Source of the DNA: Okamejei kenojei
Lineage: Eukaryota
Assembly (NCBI GenBank): GCA_035221665.1
Contig: CM069164.1
Location: 15,190,001 to 15,254,000, forward strand
Direction of reading: 5' to 3'
DNA: 64,000 bases
The notes under the pieces were generated by a model. That model did not search any database, was not told where the DNA came from, and saw nothing but the letters and a program-made list of their open reading frames with translations. Shown here in pieces: positions 11,281 through 24,469 of this stretch. How positions within the stretch are numbered: the stretch's first letter is position 1; every line of letters begins with the position of its first letter. The translations under genes were made by a program, and so were the position numbers.

Positions 11281-12519
11281 GTTGGCTAATCACCGTTACA
11301 TGAGCTCAGGGTTATACAACAAGTTTGAGCTTTTTAAGCCACCAATTTAGAATTAATCTTCCTTCACAGGGAATAATCACCGCCTTTCCCCAGTCTCTAA
11401 TTCCCTTTTATATTATGTCTAATTTAACACCTGAAATTAAACACTACTTCATTAATTAAAGTCCAGTTAAAGCAAATTGGCATTTGCTGCAGCGGATTGT
11501 GGAGATTAGAGAGTCTCTGAATTACTGACTGCAGGCTGCACAAGTCATCGTAGTACCTTGGTAATAAATCAGCCATGTAATAGGTGGGCAGAGGATGACC
11601 GTAAAAGTGGGGGAACATAGTGACGAGTAGAAGGTTACTCTGTTTAATCAAAAAAATAATAAATATGTCTGACAAACTGAAGGACTAACAGGGAGAAGGA
11701 ACCATGCATGTTATTTTTGATTTGTAAAGATTATATAAGGGGGAATCTAACTGGGGTGCTCAAGGCAATTAATGGATTTGATTGGGCCTGGGGAAACCAG
11801 AGTTGGGTGGGGTGGTTGGGGCTGGAGGGGCCTTTCCGGAAAAGCAAGGCTTCACACGGGGAGGTCTGGAATCCTGCAAAAAACCACCTCCCCAAGGAAT
11901 TCTTCTGGCACAGAGTGGGAGATGTCAGTGGAAAGTTTCAATAGCAAGATTGGTTACATTTTATTTAGTAATGATTCTGATATTACAAAAGGTAAACCTA
12001 AGCAAAGTATAGATTAGGCAAGAGCTTGTTGAAGAATGGAACAAATGAAAGGAGATGAGCAGGCTTCACTGTTTCAGTGATTATTCGGGATATCTTCTGT
12101 TTTTGACATATGTTCTTACTCTGAGATTCTTCCTTATATGAATTCAATGGCATGGATATGGAGAGTGATGTTTAATGCAGTGTTTGACTAATTGCTGCCA
12201 CAAGGAGCCTGCTTGACAGATGCTAAAGTGTATTGAGGGGAAAGTCCCCAGTGCCTGAAATTGTATCTGGCACAAGGGAGGTGGCTGTTTTAATTCTAGG
12301 TTAATCATTTCATACTCTGGTCATCATTCATGCTGGGATTGGGATGTGACATTTAAGAAGCTTTTAGATTAGGCACATGGATATGCAGAGACTGGAGGGG
12401 TATATATTATGTGCAGGTATATATTATCTTGGCTTCATGCTTGGCATAGACATTATGGACCTAATGGTTTGTCCACGTGCTGTACTGTTCTCTATTCTAA
12501 GTACCCCCACCTCCAATGT

Positions 12520-12695
12520 TTCTACCAACTACACCAGGGATAAGTTACAATGGCCAATTAACGCACCAACTGGCACAACGTTGGGGGTGGGAGGAAAGCA
12601 GAATGCTCAGGGAAGTCCACTAAATTACAGGGAGGACCTGCAAACGACATGCAGATGGCAGCTGAGGTCAGAATCAAATTCACATCACTGGAGTT
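12520..12695 (-). mobile_element. V-SINE (HE1-like) fragment
   Basis: Reverse complement of the V-domain (…ggccaattaac…gtgggaggaaa…acagggagga..tgcaaac…gaggtcagaatcaaa). Confidence 0.55.
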
Positions 12696-12699
12696 CAAA

Positions 12700-12980
12700 A
12701 TAAAAGGACAAAACGTTGAAAAGATGAGGAAGGATTTCTTTAGTCAGAGGGTCGTGAATCTGAGGAATTCATTGCCACAGACAGCTGTGGAGGCGAAGTT
12801 ATTGGGTATTTTTAAAGTGGAGATTGACAGATTCTTGATTAGTACGGGTGTCAAAGCGTTATAGGGAGAAGGCAGGAGAATTGGGTTGAGAGGGAAAGAT
12901 AGATCAGCCATGATGGAATGAAAGAGTAAGGTTGATGGGCCGAATGGCCTAATTATGCTCCAATGACTTATGAAGTTATG
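12700..12980 (+). mobile_element. CR1 LINE 3' end
   Basis: Encodes the ORF2 C-terminus FFSQRVVNL.NSLPQ..VEA..LGIFK.EIDRFL, followed by a typical 3'UTR (gatcagccatgat…gggccgaatggcct). Confidence 0.8.
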
Positions 12981-13679
12981 GAGTTGCGAGGCAACTAACC
13001 CCAAGGTACAGGATTGCTAATGGTTTTGTGGTCACTGTGAGTGAAAGAGAGGAGGAAGGATATGTCTGCTCATTATTCTTTTTCCATTGTGGGATCTACG
13101 CTTGTTTTCATGGATGGTATGATCTTTCCTTACCCTGTTGCTGTATATTGGGATGTTAATCATAGGTTATAATAACTCTGGAAATGTGTAATTTTTTGCC
13201 TTTAGTGTTTTGAACAATTATTAAATTACTGTTATTGTAAAATAGAGCTAATTGTTAATAGCAAAGTATATATTCATTTTAACTGCAATGATGAGAGCAA
13301 ACACTTTTCGCACCAAGTTACAGGTCAGTGAGGATGTTTTTTCGCAGCCCTTTGAAAAATGAGTTGGCTGAATATTTAGGGTTGTAGATTCCAAGGGAAA
13401 TGATTTATATAAATAATTTAAAAGATTGTACAGTGAGAAGCCCAGCAGCGTTATTTTTTTCATTTTTCCTATTGGATGGCCAGACTCAATGAACAGCCCA
13501 ACTGGCCACATTTTCATACATTTTCCAACAGAGGAGACCAATCAGCCCATCGAGAATACAGGCTCAGAGATATCCCAACAGTCCCAGTCCTCCTTTTATT
13601 TCCAAATAACCTATTCTGTCTCAACTGCCCTTTTTGCACCGCCCCTCCTCTCCTTCTCCTTCCCCTTACAATTCTCCCA

Positions 13680-13860
13680 CCACCCATTTGCAGAAATTGA
13701 CAGGATGTGCAGGCAAACTGGACCATGTATGTGGGGGAATCCCATGCAGTCATAGGGAGAACGTGCAAACCCTGCACGGACGGCACCAGAGGTAAGAATC
13801 AAAGCTGGATCATTGAAGCTGTGAAACAGCTGCACTGCCCACTGCATTTATCGCGGTACA
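13680..13860 (-). mobile_element. V-SINE (HE1-like) fragment
   Basis: aatcccatgcagtcatagggagaacgtgcaaac…cagaggtaagaatcaaagctggatca is the reverse complement of the V-domain and tRNA-like head. Confidence 0.55.
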
Positions 13861-14165
13861 TAAATGTTTAGCCCTCTGGAATGGAGATAAACAGATTACC
13901 CATGTGTTATGGGTAACGGGGTGATGAATAAAGAGTGAAACATTGTTTACCTGATGCAGAGTTATTGTGTTTGCTGTTTTCCATCCCACGATAGAATGTG
14001 GTCGCACTCAAATAATTCACTGGGTGGGGTGGGGGTAAAGTGTTATACATGTGATGAAATGTGAAGGGACATTATAAAAAGGCACCAAAATGCAAAGTGC
14101 TGGAGGAACTCGGCAGATCATTTCCTCTAACACTTAGTGTTTTGATTAAGATTTCAGCATCTGCA

Positions 14166-14480
14166 GTTTAGTTTAGTTTTAGTTTTAGAAATACAGTGTG
14201 GAAACAGGCCCTTCACCCCACCGAGTCCACGTTGACCAGTGATCACCTGTGTATACTAGTTCTCTACCTACACACAAGGGACAATTTACACAAACCAATT
14301 ATCTTACTAACCTGCACATCTTTGGAATGTGGGAGCAAACTGAAGCACCTGGACAGAACCCACGCCGTTACAGGGAGAAGGTACAAACTCTGTACAGATA
14401 ACACTTGTAGTCAGGATCGAACCCGGGTCTCTGTTGCTGTGAGGCTAGCAGCTCCACCGGCTGTGCCACTGTGCTGTGCC
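14166..14480 (-). mobile_element. Near full-length V-SINE (HE1-like): tRNA head, V-domain, CR1-derived tail, (CTAAA)n end
   Basis: B-box GGTTCGATCC on the minus strand (~14414-14424), V-domain, tail gaaacaggccctt..cc.accgagtcc, and (TTTAG)n at 14166-14187. Confidence 0.75.
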
Positions 14481-16718
14481 ATTCTTTATTATATCTCCAT
14501 TAGAAAACGGCATGCCTTTCTTTCTGATCATTATCCTGTATTAAAAAGAAAGAAAGATTTAGAATTTTACACATCTCAAGGTGCCTCACAGCCGATGGTG
14601 TTTCAGACTTGTGGTTACTGTTGTAATGTAAAATATCAGCTTTGTGCTGATATTTGAAGATTGATAGTTGAGGACTGAAGCCCACAACTTCAGCCTCAGA
14701 TGCCAATATGTTACCAACTGAGCCATTGCCATAACTGGAGCTATTGGGAACAATCACTCCACTAGCTATGATAATATTGCATTGCAGATTTAACACAAGA
14801 TGTGGTGGGCCAGTCAGTGAGCAGTGTGGACTCGTCCCAAACAAAACAAATGCTGACGACATTCTGACTGTTTCACATCTTCCAGCAGGAATAGACCCTC
14901 AATTCATTCAAAGGAATCAAAGGAACATGAGCGAGTATTGCAGGCCAACCTTCACTCTCAGCTCTCCTGAACTTCCCAGATCTCGTTCCTCTTGCTATTT
15001 GTTTTCCTTCCTCTCTCCTCACACTAATGCGATAGAAGAGAGCCAGTCCTTCTGCCACTTTTCCCATTCAGTGGTGCCCCACAAGGCATGTCGATCTTGC
15101 GTTTCCCTCTCACCCCATCACCACTCTGCATCTCCCAATGTACCTTGTTGCAGCTCTTGCACTTTTTTTATCTGCAGCTGTAACAATATATATTCTGCAC
15201 TTTTTCCTTCTCTCTATTTGCACTACCTGTATACTCGTGTATGATATAATTGCTTACGTATGGTACGATTTGCCTGGATAACACGCAAAACAACGTTTTT
15301 CACTGTATCTTGTATAATAATCCAATATCAACTGTATTTCCACTTCAATAATCAATTCGATTATTAAAATTTAAAAATGTTTCCTGGAATACTTCTTGGC
15401 TGATGCATATTCCACACCCATTGCCCCAGTCACCGTCAGAGTTGTAACCTCACCAAACCGACTACAATTCTCATCACATACGTTAAAGCTAACTTATTTT
15501 TTGTGGAAAAATATTCAAAACAATGCTGAGGTGTGATATTATTTGCTGATAATGTAGAAACCGTCTCATTACGGTTGTAACAATGGTCTTGCTGTAGAAT
15601 TCTGGAGAGATTACTGGGCTCGAGTCAGCAGCACTGTGTACTCAATGTTTATATCCATTCTACTATAAATTGAAAAAAATAAACAAAGCATAATTTCAAT
15701 GAGAATGAGATTAGAATTGCATCTGATATAATCCCCTCAGGACAAATGCAAATGGACACAGAGTTGAGTAATAATTATAATCAGCTTTTGTTATGGTAGG
15801 TTATGGGGTGAAATAGACTTTGCAGCTTCAGTTTATTTCATGTTAAAGATTTTAAAGTGGCAGCGAGATTCCAGATCAAACCTATCCTAATGTGACCACG
15901 TCCCTGAGGCCATCAGTAATTAGAAAATATGCTGGAAATACTCAGCAGGAATTTTTTGGTTTTTCTTTCTGAATTCTGGGCTCCACTTTTTTTTTACTCT
16001 AACCTATCTGTTTTTAAAGCACTGACTGTGCAGAAGCATGCCTTAGTGGTTTAACCTAACCCCGACAGAAAATTGTAGCCTCTAGATTTATTCTGATCCT
16101 TCCCACTGAACAATGGGCATGTAGAGAGAAATGGAACTGCAGATGCTGGTTTCCACAAAAGGATACAAAGTGCTGGAGTATTAGCAGATTGGTCCTGAAT
16201 ATAAAAAAACTGCGGGTAAATGGAGAGATTGTAGAAGGGGAAATTTATTTTTCTTAAATCAGTGAGGATCAGATGGGCAAGTGTTGAGAGTGAAACTCCA
16301 ATGAAGAAGGAGAGGCTTTATCGCAGGTGCATGGACTGTGTGGCTGTCTTTTGTACTCTATCATTTGGTGACCCTACTGCATTATTTGGGCTGAATGCAA
16401 TTTAACCCAACGATCAAGGGTAATAAGTTCTATTTATTATCCTGATTACACCATTTAGCAGAAAATAAGTCTCTGCCAGACTGAGTTGGATTGGAAATCT
16501 GCTTTATGTATTCTGAGCCAGTTCACGCAGCCTTCTGACAGGCTCTGGGAACAGATACACAGTCTTCAGCTGTAGGCTTTTAGTAACCTGTTCTTCTAGA
16601 ACTGTTTTCTAAGCTCATATTTATCAATGTGCATGACTTGAAATTTCAGGTTTAGATTTATTATTTTCACGTGAACCAAGGTTTGCTTTTCATGCTATCC
16701 AATCAGATCAGATAATAC

Positions 16719-18578
16719 TCTTCTTAAAAGTATAAGAAGGAACTGCAGATGCTGGAACAATCGAAGGCAGACAAAAATGCTGGAGAAACTCAGCAGGTGA
16801 GGCAGCATCTATGGAGCGAAGGAATGGGTGACGTTACGGGTCGAGACCCTTCTTTGCTCTGAATATCCGAAATGTCACCCATTCCTTCACTCCATAGATG
16901 CTGCCTCGCCCGTTGAGTTTCTCCAACATTTTTGTCTAGCTTCTTAAAAGTATTATCAGATAAGAGCACTTCTTCCGTTGCCTCCGTGTCTTTTTCTATG
17001 GGAAGGAGTCCTCATAACCCAGTGATGACCCCTTCTCCCATCTCCAGTGGACCCCCCTCCTCTTGGACTCCCCGGATGGCCCTCTACCTTTAGACCTTTT
17101 CATTTCCAACTGCCGGCGTGACATCAACCCTCATCTTTACCATGGTCCTCACTCCCTCATCTTTACCATGGTTGTCCAGTCACTCCACACCTCCATCCCC
17201 CACCAGGAAGGTCTTAAAGCCCTCCGTTTCTCCCTTGACCGCAGAACCAGCCAATTTCCATCTACCAATACTCTCCTCCGCTTGGTCCTTACCTTCAACC
17301 ACTTTCCTTTGACTCCACGCATTTCCTCCAAATCCAAGGCGTGCCTATGGGCACTAGCATGGGCCCCAGCTACGCTGCCTCTTTGTTGGGTACGTCGAAC
17401 AATCACTGTCCCAGGCGTACACTGGCCCTATCCTCGAACTCCACCTCCGCTACATTGATGACTGCATCGGTGCAGCCTTTTGCACCTGTGCTGAACTCAC
17501 TGACTTCTTCAACTTCACGACTAATTTCCATCCTGCACTCAAATTCTTGGACCATCTCTGATATCTCCCTACCGTTTCTGGATCTCACCGTCCCCATCAC
17601 GGGAGACAGACTATTGACCGACATCTGCAGTACTACAAACCTACTGACTCTCATAGCTATCCAGACTACACTTCTTCCCACCCTGCTTCCTGTAAAGACT
17701 CTATCCCCTACTCCCAATTCCTCCGTCTATGCCGCATCTGCGCCCAGGATGACGTTTTCCTTACTAGGTCATCGGAGATGTAATTCTTTAGGAAACGGGG
17801 GTTCCCTTCTTCCATTGTAGATGAGGCACCTCAATATCCCGCAGCTCCGCTCTTGCTCCCCCTCCCTCCATTCGCAACAAGGACTGAGTCCCCCTTGTCC
17901 TCGCCTTCCAATCCATCAGCCTTCACATACAGCATATAATCCTCCAACACTTTCCACGCCTCCAACGAGATCCCACTACTGGCCACATTTTCCCATCGCC
18001 CCTTTCTGTTTTCCACAGAGTCCGTTCCCTCCGCAACTCCCTGGTCAACTCGTCCCTTCGCACCCAAACCATCCCCTCCCCAGGTACATCAGCGGGACCA
18101 AGCAGGCTCGGCGATTGTTTCGCTGAACACCTCCCACTCAGTCTGCCTTAACCTACCTGATCTCCCGGTTGGTCAGCACTTTAACTCCCCCTCCCATTCC
18201 CTATCTGACCTTTCTGTCATGGGCTTCCTCCATTGCCAGAGTGAGGCCCAGCACAAATTGGAGGAACAGTACCTCATATTTCGCTTGGGCAACTTACACC
18301 CCAGCGGTATGAACATTGACTTCTCTAACATTCAAATAGCCCTTGCCTTCCCCCTCTCTCCATCCCTTCCACCTTCTCAGTTCTCCCACTATTCTTACTG
18401 TCTCTGACTACATTCTAACTCTGTCCCACCCACTCCCCTGACAACGGTCTGAAGAAGGATCTCGACCCGAAATGTCACCCATTCCTTCTCTCCATAGATG
18501 CTGTCTGCCCCGCTGAGTTACTCCAGCATTTTGTGTCTACCTCCGATTTAAACCAACATCTGCAGTTCTATCCTACAT
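16719..18578 (+). mobile_element. Degenerate Penelope-like retroelement (RT and GIY-YIG remnants, 3' terminal hammerhead module)
   Basis: Frameshifted RT motifs: SLHTSIPHQEG, PMGTSMGPSYA, RYIDD (YIDD at 17451-17462), LPFLDL. GIY-YIG tail HKLEEQYLIFRLGNLHPSGMNIDFS. Hammerhead-like core at 18449-18476. Flanked by a 13/14 direct repeat AGATCAG(A/G)TAATAC at 16705-16718 and 18579-18592. Confidence 0.88.
16734..16939 (-). mobile_element. Fold-back element derived from the PLE terminus
   Basis: About 70 bp inverted arms (16769-16839 and 16867-16937). Perfect 14-bp direct repeat CTTCTTAAAAGTAT at 16720-16733 and 16940-16953. Confidence 0.85.
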
Positions 18579-19271
18579 AGATCAGGTAATACCATACATG
18601 AATACAATCAAGCCAAGCTATAAGTATAATAGGTAGAGCAAAGGGGAAGCTATAGAATGCAGAATATAGTTCTCAGCAATCTAGCTCTCACAGTTCCATG
18701 GACAAAGTTGGCAATGGGGTAGAAGTGAGTTGGACGATGCCATAGCTTAAGCAAGGATTGTTCAGAAGCCTGATAACAGGAGATAAGCTGTTCCTGAGCC
18801 TAGTGGTGTGTGCTATCTTTTGCGTGACGGGAGTAGGGAGAAGTAGGAATCACTGGGTGGGATAAGCCTTTAATTATGTTGGCTGCTTTACCAAGGCAGC
18901 AGGCAGTGCAGATGGAGTCAATGGTGGCGAGTCTGGTCTGTATGATGGATTGAGCTACTCAAAAGCAAAATTTCTTGCATTTTGGCTGTTCCCAAAGCAA
19001 GCTGTGATGCAACCCGAGTACATTTTCTATGGTGCATCTGAATACGTTTGTAAGAATCATTGGAGACGTGCCAAATGTCCTCAGCGTTCCAGGGAAGTAG
19101 AGGCATTGATGTGCCTTCTTGGTTGATGCATTAATGTTGTTGGTCCATGACAGATTGTTGGTAATATTTATGCCTAGATACTTGAAGTTCTCAACTATTA
19201 TGATTAAGTATTTGAAATTTATATTTCCAAAATTACTCTGGTATAAATTTGCAAATGCAAATTAGGAGACA

Positions 19272-19475
19272 TTATGGAATGGAATACTTTATTGTCACTT
19301 GTGACAAGGCACAGTGAAATTCTTTACTTTCATACCCAAGGTATGCAAGTATCGGCTACCTACGGTGCTGACAAAGTTACATAGTACGCCGGCTCTTCCT
19401 TTGTTCCCCCCCCACGGCCGGTCCCCATTGTCCATTGTTTTTCCTGTCCCTCCCCCACAGCGGTCCCCCCATGCT
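19272..19475 (-). mobile_element. LINE-type 3' fragment ending tgacaataaa+(TTCCA)n
   Basis: atggaatggaatactttattgtcac is the reverse complement of a ...gtgacaataaag + microsatellite tail. Confidence 0.45.
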
Positions 19476-19971
19476 CGAAGTATTAAAGTGATAAACAATT
19501 TTTACTGAAGAAATGATGCAGCTGAGGTATGTGTATAAAGCCACAAGCTCACAGGAGGGGCGAGCTGCGGTTGTTCCCATGAATATGGAAACTGGGGTCA
19601 TTTTAAAACTTGTGCATTTATTGAGTGACCTTTCCATCCTCGGGACAGCTCAATACATTGCACAAGTAATGAGTGTTCGCGTGTGCTGTTGTCACTATTG
19701 TGGTCACGCAAATGTAGCAATCAACACACAAACAGTTAGTTCCTAAAAACTGCTATGATATTAACAGATGCCTTGTTGCAACAATCGTAGACAAGAGATA
19801 ACAGATTTTTTTAATGTCCACCCGAGAATAAATTGGATTTGGGTTTCATGTCTTTATAGAAAGTACTTCCTCATTCCAAGAGTGGGAGTGTCAGTTAGCC
19901 TGGGCAGTGCTCCATGTGGAACCAGCCAAATGACATTCCTTTCTACAAGTAACGTCCATTAAACTTCTTTA

Positions 19972-20098
19972 AAAAGGAACTGCAGATGCTGGAAAATCGA
20001 AGGTAAACAAAAATGCTGGAGAAACTCAGCAGGTGAGGCAGCATCTATGGAGCGAAGGAAATAGGCAACGTTTCGGGTTCAAACCCTTCCTCAGACTG
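19972..20098 (-). mobile_element. PLE 3' terminal module with hammerhead motif
   Basis: Nearly identical to 6688-6812. Minus strand CTGAGGA-AGGGTTTGAACCC-GAAAC-GTT at 20067-20094. Confidence 0.8.
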
Positions 20099-20934
20099 AG
20101 TGTGAAAAAATCCCACTTAACTACCTATGCATTTAGTTTTAATTTCTTTTGCACTTGAGAATTTTTTTTTTATCATGGTTTAGCCAATTAGCTCATACAT
20201 GTGGCTTTAATAAATTTTGGAGTAAAGCTTATATAGTTTGTATTTAATTCAATGGAATTTTAAAAATGTTTATAGTCCTATATGTATTTTTTTTTCTTTT
20301 AGCATAATGAATACATTTTTTTTCAAGAATAAACAATAAAAAAAGCCACAATAGCATAGCTACAACCATTAGACTCAAAACTTTAAGGACATGGGTTTAA
20401 AAGGTAGCCTGATGATTCATGTGGTTCTTATGAAATGCCATCTTGTGTAATGTCACCATAGCAGATTTAGAATTATTATAGCTACGGTCAGAGTTGGGTG
20501 CGCAAGAAATCAAGGAGTCGGAGCAGGGTGTTTTGGGTATCGACTCCACAGCCCTGCGTGGTATAGAGGTACCCTCCAGTATCATCTCTTTTTCTACAAG
20601 ATTGTGAAACAGGATATGGGAAGCTGTGGTAGGCAGATGATTATTGAGTTGATTTATGTTGGCTGCTCTGTGCCCAAGTCACGTTTAAGGTAGCTACTGT
20701 CCAACAAGTCAGCTACCAGTTGGAGTTCCCACTCATGAGACAGATACAGGAGAAAGATTTGAAGTGCAACCTGTGGCACTGAAAGAGGCTCTTCAAAAGT
20801 TTTCCAAATCACTCCCATTGCCCTGCTCATCCCCAAAAACCCTGCACATTTTTTCCTGGGTTTAATTTGAACTCAATTCTTGGCCTCGAAAGGCTGGTAA
20901 TCTGGTTGTCCTGCAATCAATGAAAGATAAAGGG

Positions 20935-21282
20935 ATGTGCAAAACACAAGTGCTGGAGCAACTCAGTGGGTCAAGCAGCATCCATGGAGGAAATGGATAG
21001 GCAATATTTCAGTCAGTCCTTCTTCTTCTTCTTGCGTATTGCATGCACAGCCTAAAGTTGTAGGACAACTTGTTCTATTTGATCTTATTTGATTGTGCAC
21101 GCTGGGTTGATAGCATTTGTCAAAACAGGGCGGACCACGTGAAGGTTGCAATCGTCCACCCCTCAGTCAGTCCTGACCCAAAACCCTCACCTATCCATTC
21201 TCTCCATAAATGCTGCCTGACGCACTGAGTTACTCCAACACTTTGTGTTTGCTCAAGATTCCAGCATCTGCCGTTCCTTGAA
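20935..21282 (+). mobile_element. PLE-derived fold-back element interrupted at its centre by a second insertion
   Basis: Arm acacaagtgctggagcaactcagtgggtcaagcagcat…ggatagg pairs with cctatcc…atgctgcctgacgcactgagttactccaacactttgtgt; tail ccagcatctgccgttcc. Confidence 0.75.
21021..21162 (-). mobile_element. Short retroposed insert with (AAG)n tail and 12-bp TSD
   Basis: TCAGTCAGTCCT at 21009-21020 and 21163-21174; (TCT)n at 21021-21033. Confidence 0.75.
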
Positions 21283-21354
21283 TTTCTGTTGGGCTGTTCC
21301 CACCGTTTGGCTGTCCCAAAGTTCTTTACTGTTAATGAAGCATTGATATTGCTT

Positions 21355-21612
21355 TAATGTAGTCGGCTACGGGAGCCAAGACAGTCCCGCCAACGGAGGG
21401 CTCGAGGACCCCGGCCGAGAAAGAACAAAAGGAAGGACTTGAACTTTATTTCGCCTTCCATCACAGTGAGGAATGTGTAGGAGTCACTGTGGTGGATGTT
21501 CATGTTAAAATGTATTTTTGAGTCTGTTGCTTTTAATTGTATGACTGACCTGGCCAGTGAAAATCCTCGTATGTTGCAAAACATACTTGGCGAATAAAAT
21601 CTGATTCTGATG
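21355..21612 (+). mobile_element. Unclassified non-LTR 3' fragment with stem-loop and (CTGATT)n tail
   Basis: Shares gccttcca(t/c)cacag…ctgtggtgga hairpin, TG-rich tract and AATAAA+microsatellite with 31345-31970 and 35740-36190. Confidence 0.6.
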
Positions 21613-23654
21613 AGTCGCATGCGCTGGGATATAGTAAAAAACTGTAAAGTATATTTTAAGTATTGTCATCGTTCGAACATAACAGCCCATCTGCGCACAT
21701 TGAGATCCTACACGCTGTAATGTGACAATGATTATCATTGCCGATGGATGGAAATATTGGCCCTGGTACACCTGTAGAAACCCTCTGACCTTCTTTGAAA
21801 TTGAACGTTGGTATTTTATAAACCCAGTGGAGAGGGTAGTACGCGTTGAGCGAAGAAAATGTTTAGGATAAACCTTCATCCGTATCCAACGTTTACAATA
21901 GTTTGCAGAAGAGGTGCTCTGAAAGCGAATGCATCAAGGGCTTCATCACTAAGGTATGAAACAAAACAATGGGAGAGGAGGAAGGAACGACAGGGAGTAG
22001 CCAAGAGAGAAGAGAGCATTGCAAGAATGGGAGAGGAGGGATGGAGAGGGGAGAAGAGAAGTAAGGTTAGAGGTGGGAAAAGGTATGAGAGGAACAACAG
22101 AGGATGGAGGAGAGAAAGGGGAGAGGGAGGAGGGAGAAGATGATAGAGAGAGGTAAAGGGAATAAAGAAGCAGGGAAGTAGGAGGTAGGAGAGTACCTTG
22201 GAAGAGATATCAGGGAGAGTGATGACTTCTTTACTTGAAATCAGTTTAATCTGCAATAAGATGTTTGTTGGGAAGATTGACAGTAGGAGAAACATGGGGT
22301 TAGACATTCTTCAGTGTCTGTGCCAAAATTACACCAACTACTCCTTTAAGCATTTTCAAGCTGACAACTTATTCATCATTTTTGTAACATGTTTTCCTAA
22401 AGTGATGAAATGATTGCTGTAAGACTTAGAGACAGATTACTTGAAGCAATTATTGGTGACAGAAGGAACTGAACAATTTCCCCTCGCAGGGAAGCACAAG
22501 CTGGGAACTGGGTGATAGTCTCTAGGGGACTGCCTGCTGAGTTTTGCACTGTCTCTTCAAAGCTCACTTTCACACAAGTCACACACCTTAATGAAAACAA
22601 GAGCCATTCACCCTTCAGGTCTGTACTGCTAGTCAGTGAGATCATGACTGAACCATGACTTGCCTCCATCCATTTGTCTTTGTTCTGTTTTCCTCAAAGC
22701 CTTTGCCAAATGAAAACAATTAAAGATAATTGGACAGATACATGGATAGGAATGGTTAAGAGGGATCTGGGCAAATGCAGGAAAATGCCCAGTAATTTCA
22801 ATTGACCACAGGTTCAAGCTTTCTTGGGGTGGTGGGGTGAGGGGTGGGGAGAGAGAGAACGTCCTTATTTGTACTGCCTTTGTGGGAGGATGTTCTTTCT
22901 GGCACCATCTCTGCATTCCCTCTATCCAAATCTTGACATCAGGCTTTGTCTGACAATCTTATCCATGGAATTTGTATTTTCGCTAATTTTGCTGTGTAAA
23001 AGCGAATAGATATGTTAGCACATCGCATAGATTTTCATTTAAAGTGGAGTTGATACCAGTTTAACCACCTGCTATGGGCTCCCTCTGTTCATTCCACTGA
23101 GGTTAGAGCAACATGAATTCTGCTCACCACATAAAAATGGTCTCTGTGGCTATCACTCGATCATTGTCTGTCCCCTTTTTTTTCGTTTTGAACAACAGGG
23201 ATTTAATGAATAGAAAATTAGCATTTCTTCAGCATGTACTTTGGCACTGGGCGAAATAATGGCAGAGGAACGGGATTCAAATTCACACATGTGGAAGCTA
23301 ATGGAACATTATGAACACAACACAACACACAGCTCCTCAAGTTGGTCAGTTATTGAGTTCTATCTTGATCAGCAGCTCGGTTTCCTCTCCCTTTTGTGTG
23401 CTCCCGACACCCTGGAACACATCTCCAGCCAAGACAACAATTTCAACACAATCCAGGACAGCAGTGCCTAAGACCTGACCCAGTATATGTGGGGTATGCT
23501 GCAGCAACTCGTCACATTTGCATCAAGATCACCTCATGTCCTGTGATGCTACAACTGCAAAGAAGCAACGTTGTCGCATCCCAGCTCCCGCCATCCCAGG
23601 TCACAGACATTCCCAACTTGGATGCACATTCCTGGAACTTCTCCTTCACTGGGT

Positions 23655-23975
23655 CGGAATCATAAGTTCATAAGGAGCAGAATTAGGCCATTCGGCAAAA
23701 CAAGTCTACTCAACCATTCAATCATGGCTGATCCATCTTTCCCTTTCAACTCCATTCTCCTGCCTTCACCCCATAACCCCTGACACCCTTACTAATCAAG
23801 AATCTGTCAATCTCTGTCTTAAAAATATTCACTGACTTGGCCTCCACAGCCATCTGTGGCAATGAATTCCACAGATTGAATACCCTTTAACTAAAGAAAT
23901 TCATTCTCACCTCCTTTCTAAAGGTATGTCCTTTTATTCTGAGGCTATGGTCTCTGATCCTAGATTCTCCCACTG
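23655..23975 (-). mobile_element. CR1 LINE 3' end
   Basis: Reverse complement of the 12700-12980 family (aggccattcggc…catggctgatc…gaattcc.cagatt). Confidence 0.8.
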
Positions 23976-24469
23976 AGGAGAATCCTGCCCAACATCACGA
24001 AACAAGCGCCTTTGCCATATAGTCGGCAACAATTCACGAAGGAAGCTCACCATTAAGTTCTCATGAGGCCTCCAGGGCAGCAAATGCCTGCCTTGGCTGC
24101 AGGGACAATAATCTGCAGAATTACTTTTAATAAGCTAGTCATTAATCCTAAATGTGATCATGGCCAGTAAATATTATACAATAATCCAGATGGCAATATC
24201 TGATCAATTCATGCCCTGCCTTTCCATAAGACAGCTTTCTATCATATTATGGTAGCTCTTAAAATACAAGTAACCATTTATTAATAAAATAGCAGATATG
24301 CATCCTGAATTGGAGAAATTGATCAATCTATGACTGAGAAACACTTTACAGAAACTCACTGACTAGATTTCCTGAAATGTAGCACGAGAAATGGCTGATT
24401 AATGATTAATTCACCAAAAGCTCAGCAAAATGTTGTCAGAAATGTACAATGCTGGAAATATAATATGTT

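Larger units (their letters stand above)
16645..19200 (-). mobile_element. Rex1/Babar-type LINE 3' portion (16645-16718 plus 18579-19200), split by the PLE insertion
   Basis: Reverse complement of the family at 42615-43395 and 59460-60040 (ctatggtgcatctg, gctgttcccaa.caagctgtgatgca). 3' tail at ~16650. Confidence 0.65.

Noticed and set aside
16734-16939. Fold-back elements as pre-miRNA genes or classical DNA-transposon MITEs
   Set aside because: The arms match the PLE 3' terminus, are asymmetric, and have variable 10-16 bp TSDs. This fits retro-insertion better than a cut-and-paste superfamily, and there is no miRNA evidence.
21960-22200. Purine-rich ORFs (Arg/Glu/Gly-rich or Leu/Pro/Ser-rich)
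   Set aside because: Low-complexity GA-rich sequence with no protein-family signal.
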